Of a DNA stretch of 64,000 bases, positions 30,842-38,194 are shown one piece after another (position 1 is the first letter of the stretch; each line of letters starts with the position of its first letter). The notes below the pieces were generated by a model. The model was not told the origin of the DNA. It saw only the letters and a program-made list of their open reading frames with translations, and did no database searches. Position numbers and translations under genes: made by a program. The DNA lies in contig CAZSTX010000003.1 of NCBI GenBank assembly GCA_964610025.1, forward strand, positions 11,080 to 75,079, written 5' to 3'. Source of the DNA: an uncultured Lentimicrobiaceae bacterium. GTDB lineage: Bacteria > Bacteroidota > Bacteroidia > Bacteroidales > WCHB1-69.

Positions 30842-32271
30842 AAAAAATCATTGGATTATTTATTTGTTTCTGTTTTCAATTAAGTTTTTCACAAACTCTC
30901 TCTGAAAAATTAACAGTAGCGATTCAACATTTTTTTTCGGATAAAGACTTGTCTGTTTCCACATTGGGAATATGCGTAATAGATGCCAATTCTAATAAAA
31001 TTGTCTTTGATTATAATGCCACAAAAAACTTTGTGCCTGCATCGCTGCAAAAAATTCCTATTACGGCTATTGCCTTGCAAAAATTAAGTAGTAATTATAA
31101 ATTTAAGACATTTATTTTAAATTCTGGAAGTATTGAAAATGGTGTTTTAAATGGCAATATTTATATTATTGGTGGTGGCGACCCAAGTTTAGGCAGCACT
31201 TATTTTAGAGCAACACATCCTGATACTGTATTAAAAAAATGGCACGAAGCACTACTAAAAAAAGGTATACATACTATTAAAGGAAATATTTATATAGACC
31301 CCTCTTTTTTCGACGCACATACATTAAACGATACGTGGATGTGGGGCGACATCGGCAATTATTACGGTGCTGGTGTTAGTGGATTAAATTGGCAAGAAAA
31401 CATGTTTCAAATCACTGTAAGTCCTGCTGATAGTATTAATAAAAAAGCTATAATTACTAATATATCCCCTACTCTTCCAAAAAGTTATATAATCAACAAT
31501 CATATTATAACCAGCCGAAAAGAAATAGAAAGCTATATGATGGGATATGGCGATTTTTATACGAAACGCCGAGATATAGAAGGATATATTGCTATCAATA
31601 AATCATCTATGACAGCGAAAATTGCTATGCCCTGTCCTGAATATGTATGTGCATCGCATTTTAAAGAGTTTTTAGAAAACAAAGAAATTCAAGTCAAAGG
31701 AAACATCGCTTATATAGACGTTGACACATTAGATATAAAACTTGATACTATTTACATACATTATTCGCCACCTTTACTTTCGATTATCAATCATATTAAC
31801 AAAACCAGCAATAATCTTTATGCAGAATCTGTATTCAAACTATTAGGAAATGGGTCGTATATAAGAGCAAGTAGTACAATAAAAGCAGGATTAAAACATA
31901 TTAACATTCCTACAGAAAACATTAATATAGCTGATGGAAGTGGCTTATCGTCAGCTAATTTAATTTCTCCTCTTGCTATTTGCAATGTGCTTTCTTTTGT
32001 TTATTCTACTTCTTTTTACAAACAATATCTACTTTCTTTATCAGAAGCAGGCGTGTCGGGAACAATGAGAAATATTATAAAAAACAAACCAAAAGGCAGT
32101 AATATTTATGCTAAATCAGGCACTATGAGTGGGGTAAAAGGATATGCAGGTTATGCCATTAATGCCAATGGCAACACTTATTGTTTTACTATTATAGCCA
32201 ATAACTTTACTTGTAAATCGGCAATGGTGAGAGATAAATTAGAAAATATTCTATTATTACTAATAGAATAA
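30838..32271 (+). CDS. dacB: D-alanyl-D-alanine carboxypeptidase/endopeptidase (PBP4, peptidase S13)
   Basis: 477 aa with a signal peptide, SxxK (PASLQK), DGSGLS and KSG (YAKSGTMSG) motifs. ATGA overlap with thiL. Confidence 0.88.
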   Translation: MKKIIGLFICFCFQLSFSQTLSEKLTVAIQHFFSDKDLSVSTLGICVIDANSNKIVFDYNATKNFVPASLQKIPITAIALQKLSSNYKFKTFILNSGSIENGVLNGNIYIIGGGDPSLGSTYFRATHPDTVLKKWHEALLKKGIHTIKGNIYIDPSFFDAHTLNDTWMWGDIGNYYGAGVSGLNWQENMFQITVSPADSINKKAIITNISPTLPKSYIINNHIITSRKEIESYMMGYGDFYTKRRDIEGYIAINKSSMTAKIAMPCPEYVCASHFKEFLENKEIQVKGNIAYIDVDTLDIKLDTIYIHYSPPLLSIINHINKTSNNLYAESVFKLLGNGSYIRASSTIKAGLKHINIPTENINIADGSGLSSANLISPLAICNVLSFVYSTSFYKQYLLSLSEAGVSGTMRNIIKNKPKGSNIYAKSGTMSGVKGYAGYAINANGNTYCFTIIANNFTCKSAMVRDKLENILLLLIE

Positions 32272-32285
32272 TATTCTTAAAATAA
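32256..32285. repeat. left copy of a perfect 30-bp direct repeat (ATTACTAATAGAATAATATTCTTAAAATAA)
   Basis: Covers the last codons and stop of dacB. An identical copy lies at 36828-36857. It contains the palindrome AGAATA-A-TATTCT. Confidence 0.95.
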
Positions 32286-32329
32286 GGCTTAATAGACAAA
32301 AATAATGGTAAAAATCTCGTAAAAGTTTG

Positions 32330-32524
32330 CTATTGTTGCATTGACCTATCGGTAAGGTATCCCGAATAATTGGGTTCTATAATATCTACATTATCGCAGA
32401 GATTTCCATTAAATCCACTGCCGATTTTGCTGGCAATTCCTTGTCTTGCCACAGCACACTGCTTTAACGCTCTACTCTTTTGTAAAGGTTTTGTGTTTCC
32501 CGTTTGTGTGCTGTAGTTTTTCAT
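32330..32524 (-). pseudogene. cassette 3: Rhs cassette stub (leader + IASKIGSGF, then unrelated 27 aa and stop)
   Basis: MKNYSTQTGNTKPLQKSRALKQCAVARQGIASKIGSGFNGNLCDNVDIIEPNYSGYLTDRSMQQ. The first 38 aa are homologous to cassette 2. No Rhs core or toxin follows. Confidence 0.55.
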
Positions 32525-32608
32525 TTTGCAAATGTATACTTTTTTTTGGTTGTTTTTTGTGTTTTTTAAATTTTTTGTGTTTTTATTTTGATTTTTTGTT
32601 TTTACGGC
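32411..32608 (-). repeat. cassette junction module, copy 3 (A-rich spacer + promoter + ATG + leader)
   Basis: About 198 nt alignable by eye with 33874-34068. It contains the 30-nt core shared by all three copies at 32518-32547. Confidence 0.85.
32529..32536 (-). promoter_or_regulatory. -7 promoter box TACATTTG (minus strand), 4 nt before the cassette-3 ATG
   Basis: Plus strand CAAATGTA, a perfect TAnnTTTG match. Confidence 0.45.
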
Positions 32609-32834
32609 GATTTGCAAAGAACTTTATCAAACTGTCGCCAACTCCGCTCCATGTCATCCACGCTGCAAATCCCAAAGAACAAATAATTGATAAAGGTAAA
32701 TATTGACCTATTTCTTCCCAACTGGAAGGTCCCATTTTAAAAATATCAAGAAATTTTGACGAAAGAGTAATAAAAACCAGAATGCAAAAAAAACTACAAG
32801 TGAAAAGAATGGCTTTATTTTTTCTTGTTTTCAT
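32583..32834 (-). CDS. small two-TM membrane protein, candidate immunity protein of cassette 2
   Basis: Start taken at MKTRKNKAILFTCSFFCILVFITL (83 aa). A second hydrophobic helix is LPLSIICSLGFAAWMTW. It overlaps the 3' end of the cassette-2 ORF by 20 nt, and its basic tail runs into junction module 3. Confidence 0.5.
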   Translation of the reverse strand: MKTRKNKAILFTCSFFCILVFITLSSKFLDIFKMGPSSWEEIGQYLPLSIICSLGFAAWMTWSGVGDSLIKFFANRRKNKKSK

Positions 32835-33987
32835 TATTATTTTGTTTTTTATACCCTGCTCTTGTTGTTTGATACACTGTCCAAGCATTTATCGCCTTGT
32901 CAATCCCTTTTGCAACTGTAGACACGACCCCGCTGGCGGCTTTACCCACTCCTCCTGCAACCACACCCACTCCTGAAATTATCCTATTTGCAGTGCTGGC
33001 TTCATTTCTATAAATATCTTCACCTGCAATGGCTGTATATACGCCGTTAGGAACACCCACAAGCGGATTAAGTAATACTAAACCTTGTGCAATGGGTGCT
33101 GCGGCATCTATGGCTTTTTTTTCATCAAATCCAACGAACTCACCAGCACTTTTCAATCCGTATTCTACTTTCTTTTCCCATGTTTCTGCATTTTTAAATT
33201 CATTTTTATAATGGTCTAACATAGGCGTTGTTTCATTCTGTTTTGGCGGTGGTGGTGTTTTAGATTCTGTTTTAGTCTCTGTATTAGGAATAGCGTAAGG
33301 TACTTTTATGGCTATATTTGATTTAGTATTTGAAGGTGCATATTGTCCATTTACAGGAGGCTCACCGTCTATTGCTATTGTTTCCATCCCCGTCGGATCT
33401 ACATATCGCAAGGGGTTATTCTTCGTAAACGCATAAGGGCTTATAGAAGGATACTTCTCAAACATCGGGTCCCGACCTCTGAACACTATATCTTCATCAC
33501 TATAATACCTTGCCTCAAAGTAATACATTCCTGATTCTTCGTCTTTTTCTTTTGCTGAGAATAAATACCTCGGTATGGTATCTAACTTCCAATCTGCTCT
33601 ATATTCGCTTATTATCGTACCCCAAGGATTGTAAAGAACTGCCTGCGAGATAGAGCCGTTAATGTCGGTAATAAGTTGGGTTGAGGAAAGATGGTTAGCG
33701 TAATAGAAATACAAACCATTCTCATATTTGCAGGAATCTCCGCCCAAATAGCGTAACTGGTCAAAAGCGTACACAACGTTATCTATGGTGTCGTTGGTAG
33801 TTTCTCCTAACTCTTTTATCATCACATCATACGCAAGCGTGTTGCCAACTGTACCACCACTTATGGAATCGGCAAAACCGCTGCCTATTTTGCTGGCAAT
33901 CCCTTGCCTCGCCACAGCACACTTTTCTACCGCTTTACTCTTTTGTAAAGGTTTTGTGTTTCCCGTGTGTGTGCTGTAGTTTTTCAT
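32815..33987 (-). CDS. cassette 2: orphan Rhs repeat-associated core + C-terminal region with PT-TG-like / glycine-rich segment
   Basis: 390 aa from MKNYSTHTG (ATG 33985-33987). The Rhs core is GLYFYYANHLSSTQLITDINGS..AVLYNPWGTIISEY...EESGMYYFEARYYS...RGRDPMFEKYP...NNPLRYVDPTG. The C-terminal 190 aa include NPLVGVPNGVYTAIAGEDIYRNEASTANRIISGVGVVAGGVGKAASG. The ORF-track version (to 34074, GTG start) adds a K/N-rich, probably untranslated stretch. Confidence 0.7.
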   Translation of the reverse strand: MKNYSTHTGNTKPLQKSKAVEKCAVARQGIASKIGSGFADSISGGTVGNTLAYDVMIKELGETTNDTIDNVVYAFDQLRYLGGDSCKYENGLYFYYANHLSSTQLITDINGSISQAVLYNPWGTIISEYRADWKLDTIPRYLFSAKEKDEESGMYYFEARYYSDEDIVFRGRDPMFEKYPSISPYAFTKNNPLRYVDPTGMETIAIDGEPPVNGQYAPSNTKSNIAIKVPYAIPNTETKTESKTPPPPKQNETTPMLDHYKNEFKNAETWEKKVEYGLKSAGEFVGFDEKKAIDAAAPIAQGLVLLNPLVGVPNGVYTAIAGEDIYRNEASTANRIISGVGVVAGGVGKAASGVVSTVAKGIDKAINAWTVYQTTRAGYKKQNNNENKKK

Positions 33988-34068
33988 TTTGCAAATGTAT
34001 ACTTTTTTTTCTAATTGTTTTTTTGTGTATTTATTAAGTTTTGTGTGTTTATTTTTTGTTTTTACGGC
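33874..34068 (-). repeat. cassette junction module, copy 2
   Basis: Homologous to 32411-32608. The 30-nt core lies at 33981-34010. Confidence 0.85.
33992..33999 (-). promoter_or_regulatory. -7 promoter box TACATTTG, 4 nt before the cassette-2 ATG
   Basis: Plus strand CAAATGTA, same context as the other two copies. Confidence 0.45.
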
Positions 34069-34070
34069 TT

Positions 34071-34553
34071 TCACATATTACCACGAATATTCACATCATC
34101 GCTATCCTTTACATCTCTAAATTCCTTATTGCTATAATCAGCAAATTCTTTCATCGAAAAAATTTTATAAATATTCTCTTTGTTTTTATTCCTCTTAAAG
34201 GTACAAACAAAATCAAAAGTTTTTAAAACAACAAAATTAAAATTAAACTGAATGGGTATTTGTATTGTCAAATTACGTTTAGCTATCCCATACCCCTGTG
34301 AAATGACTATTGTTCCTCGTTCGTCCTTATAAAATTTTCTTGTATCCTGTAAGCGTATAAATAAGGTGTCTTTATCTTTATAGATGCTATCAATACAATC
34401 AGTGATTTGTAAACATGGAAAAGACAACTCCTTTTTATTGATATTTTTGAACATAAGTGTTAATTCAGAACTTTGTGCATAAGAATCACATAAACATATC
34501 ATTAGAAATGTGCTAATAATAAACGACTTACCGACACTGACATTAATTTTCAT
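34071..34553 (-). CDS. secreted 160-aa protein, candidate immunity protein of cassette 1
   Basis: Signal peptide MKINVSVGKSFIISTFLMICLCDSYAQS. It overlaps the stop of the upstream toxin ORF by 11 nt (translational coupling). No family was recognised. Confidence 0.5.
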   Translation of the reverse strand: MKINVSVGKSFIISTFLMICLCDSYAQSSELTLMFKNINKKELSFPCLQITDCIDSIYKDKDTLFIRLQDTRKFYKDERGTIVISQGYGIAKRNLTIQIPIQFNFNFVVLKTFDFVCTFKRNKNKENIYKIFSMKEFADYSNKEFRDVKDSDDVNIRGNM

Positions 34554-36491
34554 GGTCTAACCCATTTCTAGGGCGAAGCCCTTTATTTTGTAATGCTGCA
34601 TTTTGGTATTGTACTTTGTCTATTTGAGGAGAATTTTCATTTACCGTTTTTGATGATGAATAAAAATTCAGAAATTCATCAAGCAATTCGTGCATGAATA
34701 AAGAACTTGCACTCTTTCCTGTGCTTGTGGAGACTTGGTCATCTTTTCCTATTGTCGTTGTTGCAGACATCGTCTCATTTCTTGCTGCTGCATCATTTAT
34801 GCCAATCATAGTATATGACATATTCTCTGCTTGACCAGCAAAACCGCCACCATTCCAAATTACTGTACCTCCATTATCATTGTATTCCTTAAATCCCTCA
34901 TTATTATAACCAACAAATTGAGGGTCTTTAAAGCTAAACTTATTAGAATTTTCATTAACTTTTACTTTTGCCACATCATCAATGTTAATTGCATTTTGTA
35001 TTCCTCTAAGTAAAGTTCTTTGATGCGAATTAGCAGATGTCATTGCCTTATTAAACCTTCCTTGATTAATTTTCAACTCTCTTTGAGAATTAAATCTAAA
35101 CATTTTATTCGAACCAAATTGGTCTTTAAAATAGCTCTTCATATATTTTTTAGAACTTCTATCATGTGCAAAAACTCTTCTTCCATCAGGGTCAACCAAT
35201 TTTACCGGATTATTTAGGCAGTAAACATACGGCGAGGTCGCTGGATATTCTTCAAACAGCGGGTCTCTACTAATAAACGTTGGCGGAGCATAGTACCTTG
35301 CGGAGTAATAGTACATGCTGTTCCCTCGTCTAATTCTTTGGCATTGAATAAGTATCTTGGTATGGTATCTAACTTCCAATCTGCTCTATATTCGCTTATT
35401 ATCGTACCCCAAGGAGTATATAAAACAGCTTGTTTTACATTAGCGTTTATGTCTGTTATCAGTTGGGTGGAACTCAAATGATTTCCGTGATAGAAATACA
35501 GACCTTCTTCATATTTGCAGGAATCTCCCTGCAAATGCGTTATTTGAGTAAAGTTGCAACTAATATTTTCAATGGTGTCGTTAGTTACTTCGCCTAATTC
35601 CTTTTGCATTAATTCAAGGGCTTCAAGCATTTTCAGGCTGTCTGTACCGGCAGTTATTGAGGGTTCGTATCCGCTGCCTATTTTGCTGGCAATGCGAGCA
35701 TCTTCGGCGTAGTAATGTTTAGTATAGTTTCCGTCTTGGTTAATATTAATGTAACCGTTGGGGTAAAGCATCAGCTTTTCTATTTCCAGCACATTATCTC
35801 CCAATGCATTGGTTCTGGATAAGGCATTGTTTAACGTAACCTTATACATTCGTTGTCCTGCATCATCGTAACTGTAATACCCGTATTTTTCCCCATTTTC
35901 ACTGTAGGCTTTCATCTGGTCAAAGGCATTGTAGAGATAGTATTCTGTCTTGTCGGGTGCTGTGCGTTTACGCATACTGCCGTTTATGCCGTATTCAAAA
36001 GCAATATCGCCATTGTTGGCGCTTACGGGAGCAAAGCTATTGGAAGCCGGATTATTTACGTTATAAGCATAACTGTTGCTTAGCTGCGTAGAAATATTTG
36101 TCTGCGGGTCGGTGAAACTTGTATTATTAGTGTTTATCCGTCCGTAGTTACCGTAAGACATCTTCACAGTGTAGAGGCTGCCGTTGTTTCCGCTTGCACT
36201 ATCTAACTGGTCTGCTGCATCGTAGGCAAACGTTTCATTGGATGAGAAATCATTTACTTGTGAATTGCTTGTATTTATCCCTGTGATATTTCCTTTGGGG
36301 TCGTAGGTATAGGATACATGCATGTAATTTATAGGAACAGTTGTATTATTCACAATATTTTGTGTGCTAAGCCGCAGGTTTTGCGGGTTATAACTATAGG
36401 TTGTCGTCAGGTTATTGCCGTATTTTACAAGCGTTTTAGCCCCGAACTTGTTGTATTTTACATCATTTACCTTATTGAATGCTTTCGCCAT
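34543..36491 (-). pseudogene. cassette 1: 5'-truncated Rhs/YD-repeat protein with core and about 212-aa C-terminal toxin domain, split by a 1-nt frameshift
   Basis: ORF 35214-36491 carries YD repeats (YSYNPQNLRL, YTYDPKGNITG, FAYDAADQL, YSYDDAGQRMYK) and the core up to DTIPRYLFNAKELDE. ORF 34543-35379 continues with GNSMYYYSARYYAPPTFISRDPLFEEYP...NNPVKLVDPDG plus a C-terminal domain. The frames join with +1 nt near 35320-35326. Confidence 0.8.
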
Positions 36492-36512
36492 ACCTTCGTT
36501 TGTTGTTTTTTA

Positions 36513-36542
36513 TTTTCATTTTGCAAATGTATACTTTTTTTT
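36513..36542 (-). repeat. cassette junction module, copy 1 (30-nt core only; includes -7 box at 36524-36531)
   Basis: TTTTCATTTTGCAAATGTATACTTTTTTTT is identical to 33981-34010 and 32518-32547. Here the ATG opens only a 15-codon uORF overlapping the MAKAF start at 36491. Confidence 0.85.
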
Positions 36543-36827
36543 CTAATGCAGAATCTAAATTTTAATAAAAATAAAATATTAATATTTACAGTATAAACTT
36601 ACGATAGTCTATATTTTGTCTTAAATTGTAGTTAATAGTAACTTTTGTTGAATAATCTTGTTGTCGATAAATGAAGTGAGCTATTGGGAAACAGCATTTT
36701 CAAAAAAACATGTACTTTTGTCCATTGTAGATTTATATCGTAAGAAAATACAAAAGTACAAAAAATAATGGGGTTAGATAGAAAAATCACCTCCTTATTT
36801 TAAAATTATTTTTATCGTACAATAGTG

Positions 36828-36857
36828 ATTACTAATAGAATAATATTCTTAAAATAA
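36828..36857. repeat. right copy of the perfect 30-bp direct repeat
   Basis: Identical to 32256-32285. It lies 26 nt from the yitT stop codon. Confidence 0.95.
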
Positions 36858-36883
36858 CAACATATTTTTTGAGATACTTCCTA

Positions 36884-37816
36884 CTATTCAATTGCTTTTG
36901 CTCTCAGCGATGCAAATCCTTCTCCAAAAATTTCACTTGCATCAATAATAGACATAAAAGCATTTAAATCTATTTCATGGATAATATGAATAAGTTGTGG
37001 TATTTGTTTTTTAGACAAAGTAGTAAAAATGATTTTTTTTTCAGCACCACTATACATTCCCTCTCCGTTAAAAAAAGTTCCTCCTCTATTCAAATCTTTG
37101 AGTATACGCTGTTTAATTTCTTCATGTTTATCAGAAACAATAATAACTGCTTTTCCTGAGCTAAATCCTAAAATAGTTTTATCAACGACAACGCCTGTAA
37201 CATAAATAATTAACCATGAATACAATGGAATAGTCCAATCTTCAAATGCTATTAATGCACCGAGTACAATAAAAGAATCGATAAATATCAACAAAGTTCC
37301 TAATGGTATATGTTTAAAATATTTATTTGCTATCATTGCAATAATATCAGTTCCTCCAGATGTAGCTCTAGTTTTAAAGATAAGTCCTAATCCAAATCCT
37401 AACAAAACTCCTCCGCATAAGGCAATAATAAAATTAGCAGCAGGATCAGGAATAGATGCATCGACAGAGGAAGGGATTAATGGAGCATAGCCATAAATTT
37501 TTTCAAGTATTGTTATAAATGCCGACAAAGAGAATACTCCAATTAAAGTTTTCCATCCAAACTTTGGTCCAAGCCACAAAGTTCCAATAATAAGTAACGG
37601 AATGTCTAACGTTATTCCTGATAGTCCAATTTTAAAATCAAAAAGATGATGCAAAATGATAGCTATTCCATAAACGCCTCCTGGTGCAAGTTTCAAGGGA
37701 GATATAAATATCACTAAACTTACTGCCATCAAGAAAGTTCCTAATAATATCAAGCCATAAGTTTTGATTAACTCTTTAGCATTTAATTTTTCTTTTTTTA
37801 TAGCAAAAGATTTCAT
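36884..37816 (-). CDS. YitT family membrane protein (DUF2179 C-terminal domain)
   Basis: 310 aa with five or six TMs, GGVYGIAIILHH and SGGTDIIAMI motifs, and a soluble C-terminal domain. Confidence 0.8.
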   Translation of the reverse strand: MKSFAIKKEKLNAKELIKTYGLILLGTFLMAVSLVIFISPLKLAPGGVYGIAIILHHLFDFKIGLSGITLDIPLLIIGTLWLGPKFGWKTLIGVFSLSAFITILEKIYGYAPLIPSSVDASIPDPAANFIIALCGGVLLGFGLGLIFKTRATSGGTDIIAMIANKYFKHIPLGTLLIFIDSFIVLGALIAFEDWTIPLYSWLIIYVTGVVVDKTILGFSSGKAVIIVSDKHEEIKQRILKDLNRGGTFFNGEGMYSGAEKKIIFTTLSKKQIPQLIHIIHEIDLNAFMSIIDASEIFGEGFASLRAKAIE

Positions 37817-37828
37817 ATTTAATTAGAT

Positions 37829-37863
37829 TAAAAAAAAGAGATACTTTACAATGCATCTCTTTT
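37829..37863 (-). terminator. Rho-independent terminator closing the rpoBC-DUF3467 transcription unit
   Basis: Minus strand AAAAGAGAT-loop-ATCTCTTTT followed by a T-run. Confidence 0.65.
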
Positions 37864-37877
37864 CACTTTTATGATTT

Positions 37878-38189
37878 TTATGCTTCTCCTTTATTTTTGA
37901 CCATTTGAATTGGAACTCCTTTCATAGGATCAAAATCATTTATCTTTCCATTAAAAGATTCAAATCTTTTAATATTATCTTCTAATGCTAACAACAATCG
38001 TTTTGCATGTTGAGGAGTTAATATAATACGAGATTTCACTTTTCCTTTTGGTACTCCGGGCATTAGGGCTACAAAATCGACAATAAATTCTGAATTTGAA
38101 TGAGTTATTATAGCTAAATTTGAATACGTACCTTCGGCAACATCGTCGCTTAAGGCAATATCTATTTTTTGTTCTTTATTTTCTTCCAT
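37878..38189 (-). CDS. DUF3467 domain protein (conserved rpoC-downstream gene in Bacteroidetes)
   Basis: 103 aa with AEGTYSNLAIITHSNSEFIVDF...SRIILTPQHAKRLLLAL. Confidence 0.75.
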   Translation of the reverse strand: MEENKEQKIDIALSDDVAEGTYSNLAIITHSNSEFIVDFVALMPGVPKGKVKSRIILTPQHAKRLLLALEDNIKRFESFNGKINDFDPMKGVPIQMVKNKGEA

Positions 38190-38194
38190 TTCAA

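Larger units (their letters stand above)
32286..36827 (-). mobile_element. putative integrated islet: array of Rhs-core/C-terminal toxin cassettes with immunity candidates, no recombinase
   Basis: Delimited by the 30-bp direct repeats. All genes are on the minus strand and composition is richer in G+C by eye. It interrupts an otherwise convergent dacB / yitT junction. Confidence 0.55.

Noticed and set aside
32256-32285. Whether the 30-bp direct repeat is a dif/Xer site (an IMEX-type insertion)
   Set aside because: Only a short AT-rich palindrome (AGAATA-A-TATTCT) is present. I cannot align it convincingly to the dif consensus, and it overlaps a coding 3' end. It is kept only as a generic att-like repeat.
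32446-33534. Plus-strand ORFs (32446-32706, 32782-32976, 33029-33211, 33343-33534; also 33785-34226, 34831-35217, 35853-36083, 36318-36596)
   Set aside because: They are antisense to the Rhs cassettes and immunity ORFs, whose coding sense is fixed by clear Rhs-core motifs.
33988-34074. N-terminal extensions of the cassette ORFs (GTG at 34074 and TTG at 32617) giving MKAVKTKNKHTK.../MQIAVKTKNQNK...
   Set aside because: The extensions are translations of the A-rich spacer and would run through the TACATTTG promoter box. The ATG 4 nt after the box (MKNYST...) is the conserved start in both copies.
32411-36542. Whether the three repeated junction modules are a CRISPR-like array
   Set aside because: The repeats are 30-198 nt and spaced 1.3-2.5 kb apart. 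The units between them are protein-coding cassettes, and no cas genes are present. This is not a CRISPR architecture.
36787-36796. Strong Shine-Dalgarno-like AAGGAGGTGA on the minus strand in the non-coding right end of the islet
   Set aside because: No ATG, GTG or TTG at a sensible distance and no ORF follows. It may be a relic of foreign DNA but cannot be supported as a feature.
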